In this document: positions 23,992 to 34,237 of the stretch, in pieces
Layout: the number at the start of each line of letters is the position of its first letter
Position numbering within the stretch: position 1 is the stretch's first letter
Assembly (NCBI GenBank): GCA_913777145.1
Contig: CAJYPS010000001.1
Location: 54,320 to 118,319 of the forward strand
Direction of reading: 5' to 3'
Source of the DNA: an uncultured Roseateles sp.
GTDB taxonomy: Bacteria; Pseudomonadota; Gammaproteobacteria; Burkholderiales; Burkholderiaceae_C
Length of the DNA: 64,000 bases
Notes under the pieces: model-generated
Seen by the model: the letters and a program-made list of their open reading frames with translations, nothing else
What the model was told of the DNA's origin: nothing
Databases searched by the model: none
Translations under genes and position numbers: made by a program

Positions 23992-25044
23992 TCAGGCGGC
24001 GCTCAGCAGGCCACTGAAGAACTTGTCGCCGCTGACGCGCGGCTGGTAGGCCGACAGGCTCTTGGCAATCGCCGCGATATGGTCCGGCGTGGTGCCGCAG
24101 CAGCCACCGGCGATGTTGAGAAAGCCGCTCTTCGCGAACTCGGCCAGGTGGCTGGCCGTGACGTCCGGCGTCTCGTCGAAGCCGGTGTCGCTCATGGGGT
24201 TGGGCAGGCCGGCGTTGGGGTAGCAGCTCACCGCCACGCCACCCGCCACCTTGGACAGTTCCTCGATGTAGGGCCGCATCAGCGTGGCGCCCAGCGCGCA
24301 GTTCAGGCCGATCGCCAGAGGCCGCGCATGGCGCACCGAGTGCCAGAAGGCGGTCACGGTCTGGCCCGACAGGATGCGGCCGGACGCGTCGGTCACGGTG
24401 CCGGAGATGATGACCGGCAGGCGCTCGCCGGTGTCTTCCATCAGCTGGTCCAGCGCGAAGATCGCGGCCTTGGCGTTCAGCGTGTCGAAGATGGTCTCGA
24501 CCAGGAACAGGTCGGCGCCACCGTCCAGCAGGCCCTTGGCCTGCTCGTAGTAGGCGTCGCGCAGCGTGTCGAAGTCGATGTTGCGCGCGCCGGGGTCGTT
24601 CACGTCCGGGCTGATGGATGCGGTGCGCGGCGTCGGGCCCAGCGCCCCGGCCACGAAGCGCGGCTTGTCCGGCGTCGAGTACTTGTCGCAGGCCGCGCGC
24701 GCGATCTGCGCAGCCACCAGGTTCATTTCGTAGGCCAGCTCGGGCAGATCGTAGTCTTCCTGCGCGACCGAGGTGGCGCCGAAGGTGTTGGTCTCTATCA
24801 GGTCGGCGCCGGCGGCCAGGTATTGCTCGTGGATCTCGCGGATCACGTCGGGCCGCGTGAACAGCAGCAGCTCGTTGTTGCCCTTCAGGTCCTTGCCGTG
24901 ATCCTTGAAGCGCTCGCCGCGGTAGTCGACCTCGCCGAGCTTGTAGCGCTGGATCATGGTGCCCATCGCGCCGTCCAGGATGACGATGCGCTGCTGCAGC
25001 AGCGCGGGCAGGGCTTGGGCGCGGGTGTAGGCAATGGGCTTCAT
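23992..25044 (-). CDS. metH: Methionine synthase N-terminal homocysteine-binding module as a standalone gene (first gene of split MetH)
   Basis: [38 protein letters not shown], Zn ligands GLNC and GGCCGT; 350 aa, ends right after the domain. Confidence 0.95.
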   Translation of the reverse strand: MKPIAYTRAQALPALLQQRIVILDGAMGTMIQRYKLGEVDYRGERFKDHGKDLKGNNELLLFTRPDVIREIHEQYLAAGADLIETNTFGATSVAQEDYDLPELAYEMNLVAAQIARAACDKYSTPDKPRFVAGALGPTPRTASISPDVNDPGARNIDFDTLRDAYYEQAKGLLDGGADLFLVETIFDTLNAKAAIFALDQLMEDTGERLPVIISGTVTDASGRILSGQTVTAFWHSVRHARPLAIGLNCALGATLMRPYIEELSKVAGGVAVSCYPNAGLPNPMSDTGFDETPDVTASHLAEFAKSGFLNIAGGCCGTTPDHIAAIAKSLSAYQPRVSGDKFFSGLLSAA

Positions 25045-25100
25045 GGCTCGATTGTCGCCGCGCTCGCGGGGGCGCGTCTTGCGCCCCGGCGAAGCCCGGC

Positions 25101-27938
25101 TCAAGGTTTCACGACATCGCCGTCGGCGTTGCGCAGCTCCACCGCGCCCCGGCCCAGCGCCTGCAGCTGGGGCAGGACCTTGGCCTTGTCGCCCACCGCG
25201 ACCACGGTGAGCCGGGCCGGGTCCACATGGGCGCGCGCCGCGCGCTGCGCCGCCGCGGCACTGACCGCGCCCAGCTGGGCCGGCAGGCGCGGGATGGCGT
25301 TCAGCGGCAGGCCCACGACCCAGTTGGCCGCATAGGCGCCCACCACGACCGCATTGGTGTCGAAGCGGCCCGGCAGCGACAGCAACTCCGCATTGCGCAC
25401 CCGGCGCAGCTCGGCCGCGCCCATGGGCCGGGCGCGCAGCGCAAGGATCTCGGTCTCGATGTCGGCCAGCGCGGGGCCGGTCACGTCGGTGCGCACGCTG
25501 CCGCGTATGCCGAACTGGCCGCGCTCGCGGCCCATGGTGAAGCCGGAATAGAGCCCGTAGGTGTAGCCCTTGACCTCGCGCAGCTGGGTGTTGATGCGCG
25601 AGGTGAACAGGCCGCCCAGCGCCGCGTTCATCACATCGATGGCGGCCGCATCCGGCGCGCTCGCGAAGGGGCCGGGCGCGACCAGGGCCAGCGCGGTCTG
25701 CGGCGCGCCGGGCTTGTCCACCAGCACGGTGCGCGCCGCCACCAGGCGGGCCGGCGGCAGCGGCCGGCTGGGTGCGGCCTCGCCCTCGCCGCGCCAGGCA
25801 CCGAACAGCGGCTCGACCAGCGCCCGCAGCTCGGCCTCGCCCAGGTCACCCGCCACCACCAGCGCCGCGCGCTCGGGTCGGTAATGCGCCTGCCAGAAGC
25901 GGCGCAGCGCTGCCTGGTCCACCGCCTTCAGCGCAGCCTCGGTGCCCAGCGCCGGCAGCGCCAGCGGATGGCCCTCGCCATAGCTCACCCGATTGCCCAC
26001 CAGGTTGGCCACCAGCGGCGCCTGTTCGCGGGTCTGGGCCAGCGCGGCCAGGCGCTGGGCGCGCACGCGCTCGATCGCGGCCGGCGCGAAGGCCGGGTGC
26101 AGCGCCAGGTCGGCCAGCAGCGCCAGGCCCTCGGGCGCACGCGCCCGCGGGCCGGAGAGGTCGATCTGCGCGCCCTCGCCGCCAGCCTGGGCCTGCAGCG
26201 TGACGCCCAGGCCGGCCACGGCCTCGGCGATCTGCTGGGCGCTGCGGCTGTGCGTGCCCTCGCTGAGCATGGCGGCGGTGAAGCCGGCCAGGCCGGGCAG
26301 CCCGGCCGGGTTGGCGCCCTGGCCGGCGCGCAGCACCAGGCTGGCGCTGAACAGCGGCAGGCCGGGCTTGGGCGAGTGGATCACCGTGAGCCCGTTGGCG
26401 AGCCGGAAGCTGTGCGCCGCGGGCAGGGCCAGCGGCTTGGCGCGGCCGGCGGCGGGCGGCTTGTTGCGCCAGTCCTCGGGCGCGTTCAGCGCCTCGCGCT
26501 CGCCGGCAGCGGCCTGGGTCGGCAGCGGCGGCGTGGGCACGTCGGGCGGCAGCATCTGCTCACCCGGCCGGGCCTGCACCACCACGCGCGCATCGCGGCG
26601 CAGCCAGCGCGCCACCGCGGCGCTGACCGATTCGCCACTCGCACGACGGTAGCGGTCCAGGTCTTGCCCCACATAGCCGGGGTCGCCGGCCATCTGGTTG
26701 TAGTGGTTCACCAGGTCGGCCAGCTGCTGCAGCTTCTCCATGCGCTGCAGCAGCTGGGTTTCTATGCTGGCGCGGGCCTGGGCCAGCTCGGCCGGCGTGG
26801 GCGGTTCGGTGGCCAGGCGGGCCAGCTCGGTGTCGACCAGGCGCTCGATCTCGTCCAGCGAGGCGCCGGGGCGGGCCACGACCTCGATGTTGAACACCGA
26901 GCTCAGCGACAGCGAATCCTGGCTGACCTGCACGCTCTGCGCGAGCTGGCGGTCGCGCACCAGCAGCGCATGCAGGCGGCTGGCCTTGCCGCCGCCCAGC
27001 ACATGGGCGGCGATGTCCAGCTCGGCGTCGCCGGCCGCGAACATGGGCGGCGTGTGCCAGGCCATGTCCAGACGCTCCAGCTCGATGCGGTCGGTCACCA
27101 CCAGGCGGCGCTCGGCCGTGATCTGCGGCGTGGGCACCTTGACCTCGGGCGGCTTGGGGCCGGCCTTGAGCGAGCCAAAGTACTGCTGCACCAGTGCCTT
27201 GGCCTGGCGTGGGTCGAAGTCGCCGGCCAGCACCAGGGTCGCGTTGTTGGGGCGGTAGTAGGTGCGGGCGAAGTCCTTCACGTCCTGCAGCCGGATGCTC
27301 TGGATGTCGGCGTGCGAGCCGATCACCGCCGCGCGGTAGGGGTGGCCCGCGGGGTATAGCGCCTGGTAGAGCGCCTCCTCCACGATGCCGTAGGGCCGGT
27401 TCTCGAAGCTCTGGCGGCGCTCGTTGCGCACCACGTCCTGCTGGTTGGCCAGCGCGACCGAATCGACCTCGTCGATCATCCAGCCCAGCATGTCGGCCTT
27501 GAGCCACAGGCCCAGCGCCAGCTGGTTGGACGGCAGCGTGAAGAAGTAGTTGGTGCGGTCGAAGTTGGTGGAGCCGTTGCTGTCGGTGCCGCCAGCGGCG
27601 TCCACGAACTTGTCGAACTCGCCGCGCGGCACATGGCGGCTGCCGGCGAACATCAGGTGCTCGAACAAATGGGCAAAGCCGGTCTGGCCCGGCGCCTCGT
27701 TGCGCGGCCCCGCGTGCACCCACAGATTGAAGGCCACCAGCGGCAGGCGGTGGTCTTCCACCAGGATGAGCTCCAGGCCGTTGTCCAGCCTGAGCTTTTC
27801 ATGGCGTATCGCCAGCTGGCCCGCAGCCACGCTGACCGCGCCGGCCGTGGGCGCGGGCTCGGCCGCCCACAGCGGCTGGCTCAGCGCGCCGGCCAGCGCC
27901 AGCAGCAACACCCGGCGGCTCAGCGCGGGAAGGGTCAT
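25101..27938 (-). CDS. M16-family (pitrilysin-like) zinc protease, exported
   Basis: Inverted zincin [23 protein letters not shown]; duplicated inactive C-terminal half; signal peptide with SRRVLL (possible Tat). Confidence 0.92.
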   Translation of the reverse strand: MTLPALSRRVLLLALAGALSQPLWAAEPAPTAGAVSVAAGQLAIRHEKLRLDNGLELILVEDHRLPLVAFNLWVHAGPRNEAPGQTGFAHLFEHLMFAGSRHVPRGEFDKFVDAAGGTDSNGSTNFDRTNYFFTLPSNQLALGLWLKADMLGWMIDEVDSVALANQQDVVRNERRQSFENRPYGIVEEALYQALYPAGHPYRAAVIGSHADIQSIRLQDVKDFARTYYRPNNATLVLAGDFDPRQAKALVQQYFGSLKAGPKPPEVKVPTPQITAERRLVVTDRIELERLDMAWHTPPMFAAGDAELDIAAHVLGGGKASRLHALLVRDRQLAQSVQVSQDSLSLSSVFNIEVVARPGASLDEIERLVDTELARLATEPPTPAELAQARASIETQLLQRMEKLQQLADLVNHYNQMAGDPGYVGQDLDRYRRASGESVSAAVARWLRRDARVVVQARPGEQMLPPDVPTPPLPTQAAAGEREALNAPEDWRNKPPAAGRAKPLALPAAHSFRLANGLTVIHSPKPGLPLFSASLVLRAGQGANPAGLPGLAGFTAAMLSEGTHSRSAQQIAEAVAGLGVTLQAQAGGEGAQIDLSGPRARAPEGLALLADLALHPAFAPAAIERVRAQRLAALAQTREQAPLVANLVGNRVSYGEGHPLALPALGTEAALKAVDQAALRRFWQAHYRPERAALVVAGDLGEAELRALVEPLFGAWRGEGEAAPSRPLPPARLVAARTVLVDKPGAPQTALALVAPGPFASAPDAAAIDVMNAALGGLFTSRINTQLREVKGYTYGLYSGFTMGRERGQFGIRGSVRTDVTGPALADIETEILALRARPMGAAELRRVRNAELLSLPGRFDTNAVVVGAYAANWVVGLPLNAIPRLPAQLGAVSAAAAQRAARAHVDPARLTVVAVGDKAKVLPQLQALGRGAVELRNADGDVVKP

Positions 27939-28023
27939 GGGGGAACTCCAGGAACAGCGGCTCATGTCCCGCATTGGGCCTGCACGCCGGCTGCGCCTGA
28001 AGTGCCGGCAGTCACCGGCTGTC

Positions 28024-29007
28024 TCACCAGGGCGACAGCTGGCTCAGCAGCCACAGCCACAGCGGCGCCGTGCCCACGTAGAGCAGCGTGGACAGCACCG
28101 TGGCCGCCGTGACCTCGGTCTGCATCGCGCGGTAGCGCTGCGCAAAGATCAGCGCGTTGGAGCCGGTGGGCAGGGCCGCCAGCATCACGATGACCGCCAG
28201 CGGCAGGCCGGCCAGTCCCAGGCCCCAGTGCGCGATCGCCAGCACCAGCGCCGGCAGCACCACCAGCTTGAAGCCCACCAGGCCGGCCAGCCCGCGCCAG
28301 CTGCGCGGCCAGCCGTAGTAGGCCAGCGACATGCCGATCAGCGTCAGGCACAGCGGCACGACCGCCGTGCCCAGCGTCTGCAGCACCTCGTCGATGACCG
28401 CCGGCAGCGCCAGGCCGGTGGCGTTCCAACCCAGGCCGCACAGCACCGGCAACACCACCGGGTGGATCACGGTGTTGCGCACGGTCTGGCCCAGCGTCTT
28501 CAGCAGCGAGCCACCGGGTTGCTCACGCGCGAGGTCCAGCTCCACCAGCAGGGTCAGCAGCGTCAGTATGGTCAGTGAATGCAGGCTCACCACCGCGACG
28601 TGGATGGCCAGGCCCTGCTCGCCGAACACGCCGGCCGCGACCGGGATGCCCACCTGCAGCGTGTTGCCGAAGCCGGCGGTGATGGCCTTCACGCTGGGCA
28701 CGGCCGCGGCCTCGCCCGGCGCGCGGCGCAGCCGCTGCAGCGCGTAGAAGGCCGCCACCAACAGCAGCACCGGCACGAAGAAGGCGGCCAGCAAGGCCCA
28801 GGGCACATGGGCCGTGTCCAGCCGCGCGGTGGTGCGGAACAGCAGTGCCGGCACGAACAGGTAGTAGGCGGCGTTGGCCAGCACGCGGGCCGGGTCGCCC
28901 TCGCTGCCCTCGGCCGCATGGCCCAGCCAGCGCATGCGCCCGACCACCCAGCCCAGGGTGACCGCGATCAGGATGGCCAGCAGTCTGGCCGCCACCGCCC
29001 AGCTCAT
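28024..29007 (-). CDS. AEC (auxin efflux carrier) family transporter
   Basis: PALLFR, FGNT...GIP, VIHPVV, ALPTGSN; about 10 TM. Confidence 0.9.
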   Translation of the reverse strand: MSWAVAARLLAILIAVTLGWVVGRMRWLGHAAEGSEGDPARVLANAAYYLFVPALLFRTTARLDTAHVPWALLAAFFVPVLLLVAAFYALQRLRRAPGEAAAVPSVKAITAGFGNTLQVGIPVAAGVFGEQGLAIHVAVVSLHSLTILTLLTLLVELDLAREQPGGSLLKTLGQTVRNTVIHPVVLPVLCGLGWNATGLALPAVIDEVLQTLGTAVVPLCLTLIGMSLAYYGWPRSWRGLAGLVGFKLVVLPALVLAIAHWGLGLAGLPLAVIVMLAALPTGSNALIFAQRYRAMQTEVTAATVLSTLLYVGTAPLWLWLLSQLSPW

Positions 29008-29020
29008 GGCCGTGCGGCGC

Positions 29021-30883
29021 TCAGGCGCCGGCCCGCTGCAGCCACAGGTCGAACGCGAAGCTGCTGCCGCGACCGGCCTCGCTGCGGACCTCGATCAGGC
29101 CACCCATCAGCCGCACCAGCTGCTGGCTGATGGACAGGCCCAGGCCGGTGCCGCCCAGGTGGCGAGAGGAGTCCGACACCTGCTCGAAGGCATGGAACAG
29201 CCGCGCCTGCTGCGCGGGCGTCATGCCTATGCCGGTGTCCACCACCTCGAAGCGCAGCCGCACGCGCGCGGCCTCTTCATCCAGCACATGGGCGATCAGG
29301 CGCACCTCGCCGCTGTCGGTGAACTTCACCGCGTTGGACAGCAGGTTCAGCAGCACCTGGCGCAGGCGCTGGCCGTCGGCCTCGACCTGGACGGGCAGGC
29401 GACCGTCCAGCTCCAGCCGGAAACTCAGGCCCTTTTGCTCGGCGCGCAGGCGCACGCTGTCGCTGGCCATGTCCAGCAGCGCGCGCAGGTCCACCAGCGC
29501 GGTCTTGATGCTGACCTTGCCGGCCTCGATGCTCGCCATGTCCAGCACATCGCTGATCAGCTCCAGCAGGTGCTGACCGGAGTCGCGGATCAGCTGCAGC
29601 TTGGCCTGCGGGCCATCGGGGATGCGCCCGTCCATCTGCAGCAGCTGCGTGAAGCCCAGGATGGCGTTCAGCGGCGTGCGGAACTCGTGGCTCATGGTGG
29701 CCAGGAAGCGGCCCTTGGCCTGGTTGGCGGCTTCGGCGCGGAGCTTGGCCTCGCTGAGCTCGGCGGTGCGCTCGGCCACCAGGTCCTCCAGATGCTCGCG
29801 GTGGCGGTTCAGCTCGACCTCGGCCGCGCGGCGTGCCGAGATGTCACTGACCATGCCCTCGACGCGACGCCGGCCCTGCTCGGCCTCGGCCTCCACCCAG
29901 TGCGCATTCAGCTCCACCCAGATCTCGCGGCCGGTGCTGTCGCGCAGGCGCATCTGAGCCTGCTGGATCTTGCCCTGCTCGCGCATCACCCGCATCACCT
30001 GCAGCAGGTCGGCGCGGCGCAGGCCCATGAGCTCGCGCAGCCGCCGCCCCACCGGGTTGAACTGAGGCGGCAGGCCCAGCATCTGTACAAAGGCCCGGTT
30101 CATACGCAAGACCCGGCCCTGGTGGTCGGCCTGGAAGATACCCTCGGTGGCGTTCTCGAACAGGCTGCGGTAGCGCTGCTCGCTCTGGCGCAGGCCATCG
30201 GAGGATTGCTGCACCTGGTCGGCCGCGGCGCGCAGCTTGAGGCTCATCGCGTTGAAGCGGCTGGTCAGCTCGCCCAGTTCGTCGCGGCGCTCCACCGCCA
30301 TCTGTGCGCCCAGGTCGCCCTCGGCCACGCGCTGGGCCAGCGCGCCCAGCCGGGCCACCGGCCGGCGCACCAGGAAATTCATCAGCAGGTAGCAGCTGAC
30401 GATGACCGCCGCGACGATGGCCAGCAGCAGGCCCACGACGAAGTCACGGGAGCGTTCGATCTGCTGCTGCACCAGCTCGCGCGTGTAGACCAGCTCGGCC
30501 GAGGCCACCTGCGTGCCGGGCGCGTCGGCGGCCGGCTGGTAGACGATGGTGAACTCGCGCCGCGTCGCGGCCACGCCCGGCGTGCTGCGCTCGCGGTGCG
30601 CCTGGCCGCCGCGCAGGCCCAGGCCCTTGAGCACCAGCGACTGCACCTCGGGATCGGCCATCACCGCGTCCAGCAGGTTGTCGATGGCGACCTGGTCCAG
30701 GTTCCAGATCGGCCCCGCAAAGCCGCGCTGTATCAGGCTGACCATGCGCGCCTCGCGCTGTTCCAGCGCCTCGTTGAGCTGCTGACGCTCCAGCGCGATC
30801 CACCACCAGCCGATCAGCACCACCAGCAGCGCCGTCACCGCCACCAGGCTGCCCATCAGGCGGGCTTGCAGGCCGAGCTTCAC
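29021..30883 (-). CDS. Membrane sensor histidine kinase (2 TM, HAMP, PAS, HisKA, HATPase), no receiver domain
   Basis: DELGEL HAMP, FENATEGIF PAS, MSHEFRTPLNAI H-box, NLLSNAVKFT N-box, DTGIG and GGTGLGL G-boxes; stop shortly after the G2 region. Confidence 0.92.
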   Translation of the reverse strand: MKLGLQARLMGSLVAVTALLVVLIGWWWIALERQQLNEALEQREARMVSLIQRGFAGPIWNLDQVAIDNLLDAVMADPEVQSLVLKGLGLRGGQAHRERSTPGVAATRREFTIVYQPAADAPGTQVASAELVYTRELVQQQIERSRDFVVGLLLAIVAAVIVSCYLLMNFLVRRPVARLGALAQRVAEGDLGAQMAVERRDELGELTSRFNAMSLKLRAAADQVQQSSDGLRQSEQRYRSLFENATEGIFQADHQGRVLRMNRAFVQMLGLPPQFNPVGRRLRELMGLRRADLLQVMRVMREQGKIQQAQMRLRDSTGREIWVELNAHWVEAEAEQGRRRVEGMVSDISARRAAEVELNRHREHLEDLVAERTAELSEAKLRAEAANQAKGRFLATMSHEFRTPLNAILGFTQLLQMDGRIPDGPQAKLQLIRDSGQHLLELISDVLDMASIEAGKVSIKTALVDLRALLDMASDSVRLRAEQKGLSFRLELDGRLPVQVEADGQRLRQVLLNLLSNAVKFTDSGEVRLIAHVLDEEAARVRLRFEVVDTGIGMTPAQQARLFHAFEQVSDSSRHLGGTGLGLSISQQLVRLMGGLIEVRSEAGRGSSFAFDLWLQRAGA

Positions 30884-30885
30884 GC

Positions 30886-33474
30886 TCAGGCCTTCTTGCG
30901 TGCGGGGGCCTTCTTGGCCGGCGCCTTGGCCGCGCGTGGCTCGAACTCGAAGACCACCTTGCCCTCCTTCTTGTCATAGGCCAGGAAGGCCTTGAACTTG
31001 CGCCGGGTCTTGTTGGACACGAAGTTCTCCAGCAGATCGGTCTTGCCCTCGGCCAGCAGCTTGTGCACCTGGGCGGGCTCTATGGGCTGGGTCAGGATGA
31101 CCTTGCCGGTCTTGAAGTCGCAGGTGGTCTTCTCGCCGACCGAGTGCTCGCACACGTAGTTGGCGCCGTGCTCGTACACATGGCCCTGGCACTTGGGGCA
31201 GGCGCCCAAGGACGTCTGGCCGGAGAAGTCCACCGGCTCTTCCGAGCCCTCCGCCTTCTTCGCGTCCTCGCCGAAATCGAACTCCAGCTTCCAGTTCTGG
31301 ATCTCGTCGTCGAACACCAGCGCCAGCTCCGCCGTGAAGGGCCAGCCGGCCTTGGAGCGGAAGCCTTCCAGCGGGCCTATCTTCTTGTCGCGCAGGAAGG
31401 TCTCCACCTCGGCCAGCTCAAAGCTGCGGCCGCCGGGGATCTTGCCGATGGAGAAGCCGCAGGCGTCCTCGCCCGAACCGCTCTTGCCGGTGCAGGTGAA
31501 GCGGCGGTAGTTCTCCTTCACGATGCCGCCGCACTTGGGGCAAGGCGTCTTCAGCGTGGCGTAGTCGCCCGGGATGGTGTCGCGGTCATAGCCCTTGGCC
31601 TTGGCGACCATCTTCTCGGTCATGGCCGCGATCTCGGCCATGAACTGCTCGCGGCTCAGGCGGCCCTTCTCCATCTCGGAGAGCTTGTGCTCCCAGTCGC
31701 CGGTGAGCTCGGGCTTGGTGAGGTCTTCCACGTCCAGGCCGCGCAGCAGCGTCATCAGCTGGAAGGCCTTGGCCGTGGGGATGAGCTCGCGGCCGTCGCG
31801 CAGCATGTACTTCTCGGTGATCAGGCCTTCGATGGTGGCCGCGCGCGTGGCCGGCGTGCCCAGGCCCTTCTCGGCCATGGCCTCGCGCAGCTCGTCGTCG
31901 TCGATCAGCTTGCCCGCGCCTTCCATCGCGCTCAGCAGCGTCGCTTCGGTGTAGCGCGCCGGCGGCTTGGTCTGCAGCGCCTTCACATCCACGCTCTCGG
32001 TGCGCACCACCTCGCCCGGCTGCACCGGTACGAGGTTGGCGTCCTCGTCATCGATCTCCTTGCCGTAGACCGCCAGCCAGCCCGGCTTGACCAGCACCTT
32101 GCCGTTGGTCTGGAAGTGGTGGGCCTTGCCGGCCGCTTCCACCTTGCTGATGCGGGTCGTGACCAGGAACTCGGCCGGCGGGAAGAACACCGCCAGGAAG
32201 CGCTTCACGACCATGTCGTAGAGCTTGGCCTCGACCTCGGTGAGGCTCTTGGGCGCCTGCAGCGTCGGAATGATCGCAAAGTGATCCGACACCTTGCTGT
32301 TGTCGAACACCTTCTTGGTGGGCTTGATGTAGCCGTTGTTCAGCGCCACGCGCGCATGCTGGGCCAGGGCCTGCAGCGGGCCCGGCAGGTCCTCGCTGGC
32401 AATCATGTCGGCGGTCTGCTTGGCCACCGCCACATAGTCCTCGGGCAGGTAGCGCGAGTCCGTCCGCGGGTAGGTCAGCACCTTGTGCTTTTCATACAGC
32501 GCCTGCGCGATGGACAGCGTGGTCTTGGCCGAGAAGCCGAAGCGCGAATTGGCCTCGCGCTGCAGCGTGGTCAGGTCGTAGAGCGCGCCGCAGCTGGTGG
32601 TGCTGGGCTTGCTTTCCTCCGTGACCTGGGCCGGCTGGCCCAGCACCGCCTTGGCGATGGCCTCGGCCTCGTCCTTGGCCCACAGGCGGTCGGCGCGGCG
32701 CTCGGCGTCGTCGTTCTTCTTGAACGCCGGGTCGAACCACTTGCCCTCGTACTGGCCGGCCTGGGCGTCGAAGTCGGCGCGCAGCTCCCAGTAGTCGCGG
32801 GCCACGTGCTTGCGGATCTTTTCCTCGCGCTCCACGACTACCGACAGCGTGGGCGTCTGCACCCGGCCCACCGTGGTCAGGAAGAAGCCGCCGTCGCGCG
32901 AGTTGAACGCCGTCATCGCGCGCGTGCCGTTGATGCCCACCAGCCAGTCGGCCTCGGAGCGGCAGCGCGCCGCATCGGCCAGCGGCAGCATCTGCGCATC
33001 GCTGCGCAGCTTCTCGAAACCCTCGCGTATCGCGGCCGGCGTCATGGACTGCAGCCACAGACGCTGCACCGGCTTGTTCAGCGCGCCCTTGGCCGGCTGC
33101 GCGTACTGCACGATGAGACGGAAGATCAGCTCCCCCTCGCGCCCCGCGTCACAGGCGTTGATCAGGGCGCTCACGTCCTTGCGGCGGATCAGCTTGACCA
33201 GCGCGCTCAGGCGGCCCTTGTTCTTGTCTATGGGATTGAGGTCGAAGTGCGGCGGGATGACGGGCAGGTTGGCAAAGCTCCACTTGCCGCGCTTGACGTC
33301 GAACTCTTCCGGCGCCGCGATCTCCACCAGGTGGCCCACGGCGGAGGAGACCACGTACTGGTCGTTCTCGAAATAGTCGTCCTGCTTGTCGAACTTGCCC
33401 ACCTGCGGCGTCAGCGCCCGCACGATGTCCTGGGCGACGGAGGGCTTCTCGGCAATGATCAGAGTCTTGCTCAT
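30886..33474 (-). CDS. topB: DNA topoisomerase III
   Basis: IIAEKPSVA, NACDAGREGE, GRVQTPTL, LTYPRTDS (catalytic Tyr), GLGTPATRA; C-terminal Cys repeats and a Lys/Ala/Pro tail. Confidence 0.96.
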   Translation of the reverse strand: MSKTLIIAEKPSVAQDIVRALTPQVGKFDKQDDYFENDQYVVSSAVGHLVEIAAPEEFDVKRGKWSFANLPVIPPHFDLNPIDKNKGRLSALVKLIRRKDVSALINACDAGREGELIFRLIVQYAQPAKGALNKPVQRLWLQSMTPAAIREGFEKLRSDAQMLPLADAARCRSEADWLVGINGTRAMTAFNSRDGGFFLTTVGRVQTPTLSVVVEREEKIRKHVARDYWELRADFDAQAGQYEGKWFDPAFKKNDDAERRADRLWAKDEAEAIAKAVLGQPAQVTEESKPSTTSCGALYDLTTLQREANSRFGFSAKTTLSIAQALYEKHKVLTYPRTDSRYLPEDYVAVAKQTADMIASEDLPGPLQALAQHARVALNNGYIKPTKKVFDNSKVSDHFAIIPTLQAPKSLTEVEAKLYDMVVKRFLAVFFPPAEFLVTTRISKVEAAGKAHHFQTNGKVLVKPGWLAVYGKEIDDEDANLVPVQPGEVVRTESVDVKALQTKPPARYTEATLLSAMEGAGKLIDDDELREAMAEKGLGTPATRAATIEGLITEKYMLRDGRELIPTAKAFQLMTLLRGLDVEDLTKPELTGDWEHKLSEMEKGRLSREQFMAEIAAMTEKMVAKAKGYDRDTIPGDYATLKTPCPKCGGIVKENYRRFTCTGKSGSGEDACGFSIGKIPGGRSFELAEVETFLRDKKIGPLEGFRSKAGWPFTAELALVFDDEIQNWKLEFDFGEDAKKAEGSEEPVDFSGQTSLGACPKCQGHVYEHGANYVCEHSVGEKTTCDFKTGKVILTQPIEPAQVHKLLAEGKTDLLENFVSNKTRRKFKAFLAYDKKEGKVVFEFEPRAAKAPAKKAPARKKA

Positions 33475-33540
33475 CAGGTCGTTTCTTGAGGTCTTCCCTA
33501 TGGCCGGGGACTCGAAATCCCCTGCCTACAATCCGGGCCT

Positions 33541-33565
33541 CGCGCACGCACACGCACGCGCGCAC
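33541..33565. other. 25-nt perfectly alternating pyrimidine-purine tract (CG/CA)
   Basis: CGCGCACGCACACGCACGCGCGCAC in the topB/SET divergent gap. Confidence 0.8.
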
Positions 33566-33592
33566 CCATGAAATCACCGTACCACAGCGCCG

Positions 33593-34054
33593 ATGACGCC
33601 AAAAAGCCCCCGCCGCAAGATCGAGGTCCGTGATTCCGGCGTGCATGGTCGCGGCGTCTACGCGCTCGCGCCCATCGCCGCCGGCAGCCGCATCATCGAA
33701 TACACCGGCGAGCGCATTTCCTGGGACGAGGCGCTGCGCCGCCACCCGCACGACCCGGCCCAGCCCGACCACACCTTCTATTTCCACCTGGACAGCGGCC
33801 AGGTGATCGACGCGCTGTACGGCGGCAACAGCTCGCGCTGGATCAACCATGCCTGCGAGCCCAACTGCGAGGCGGAAGAAGTGGACGGCCGCGTCTTCAT
33901 CCAGGCGCTGCGCGACATAGCGCCGGGCGAGGAACTGTTCTACGACTACGGCCTGGTGCTGGACGGCCGCCACACGGCCAAGGTGAAGAAGCAGTTCGCC
34001 TGCTGGTGCGGGGCACTCACCTGCCGCGGCACCATGCTGGCGCCGAAGCGATGA
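33593..34054 (+). CDS. SET-domain protein-lysine methyltransferase with post-SET motif
   Basis: SGVHGRGVYA, IIEYTGE, RWINHACEPNC, ELFYDY, CWCGALTCRG. Confidence 0.94.
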   Translation: MTPKSPRRKIEVRDSGVHGRGVYALAPIAAGSRIIEYTGERISWDEALRRHPHDPAQPDHTFYFHLDSGQVIDALYGGNSSRWINHACEPNCEAEEVDGRVFIQALRDIAPGEELFYDYGLVLDGRHTAKVKKQFACWCGALTCRGTMLAPKR

Positions 34055-34225
34055 CCCCCCCTACCGGCTTCGCCGTGCCAAGGCCAGAGGCCCTGGCCTT
34101 CGGCAGGCTCCAAGAGTCCTCAGGACTCTTGGTGTCCGGCCTCAGTCCCCCAAGGGGGCGCTCCGCGCAGCCCGGCAAAGCCGGTTCTGCGGGAGCCGCT
34201 GGGGAAGGCACCCCATGCGATCGCA
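34054..34225. repeat. Composite multi-hairpin interspersed element between SET and birA
   Basis: Hairpins AAGGCCAG/CTGGCCTT (34080-34100), CAAGAGTCC-TCA-GGACTCTTG (34111-34131), CCCCCAAGGGGG and CCGGC-AAA-GCCGG; the outer parts resemble recalled Comamonadaceae repeats. Confidence 0.7.
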
Positions 34226-34237
34226 GGAGACCCCGCC

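Noticed and set aside
25045-25100. Cobalamin, SAM or SAH riboswitch upstream of the first metH half
   Set aside because: The gap is only 56 nt, with small GC hairpins and a possible -10 close to the ATG; no aptamer motif.
33568-33633. Short ORF overlapping the SET start (possible leader peptide)
   Set aside because: No RBS, no informative codon run; likely chance.
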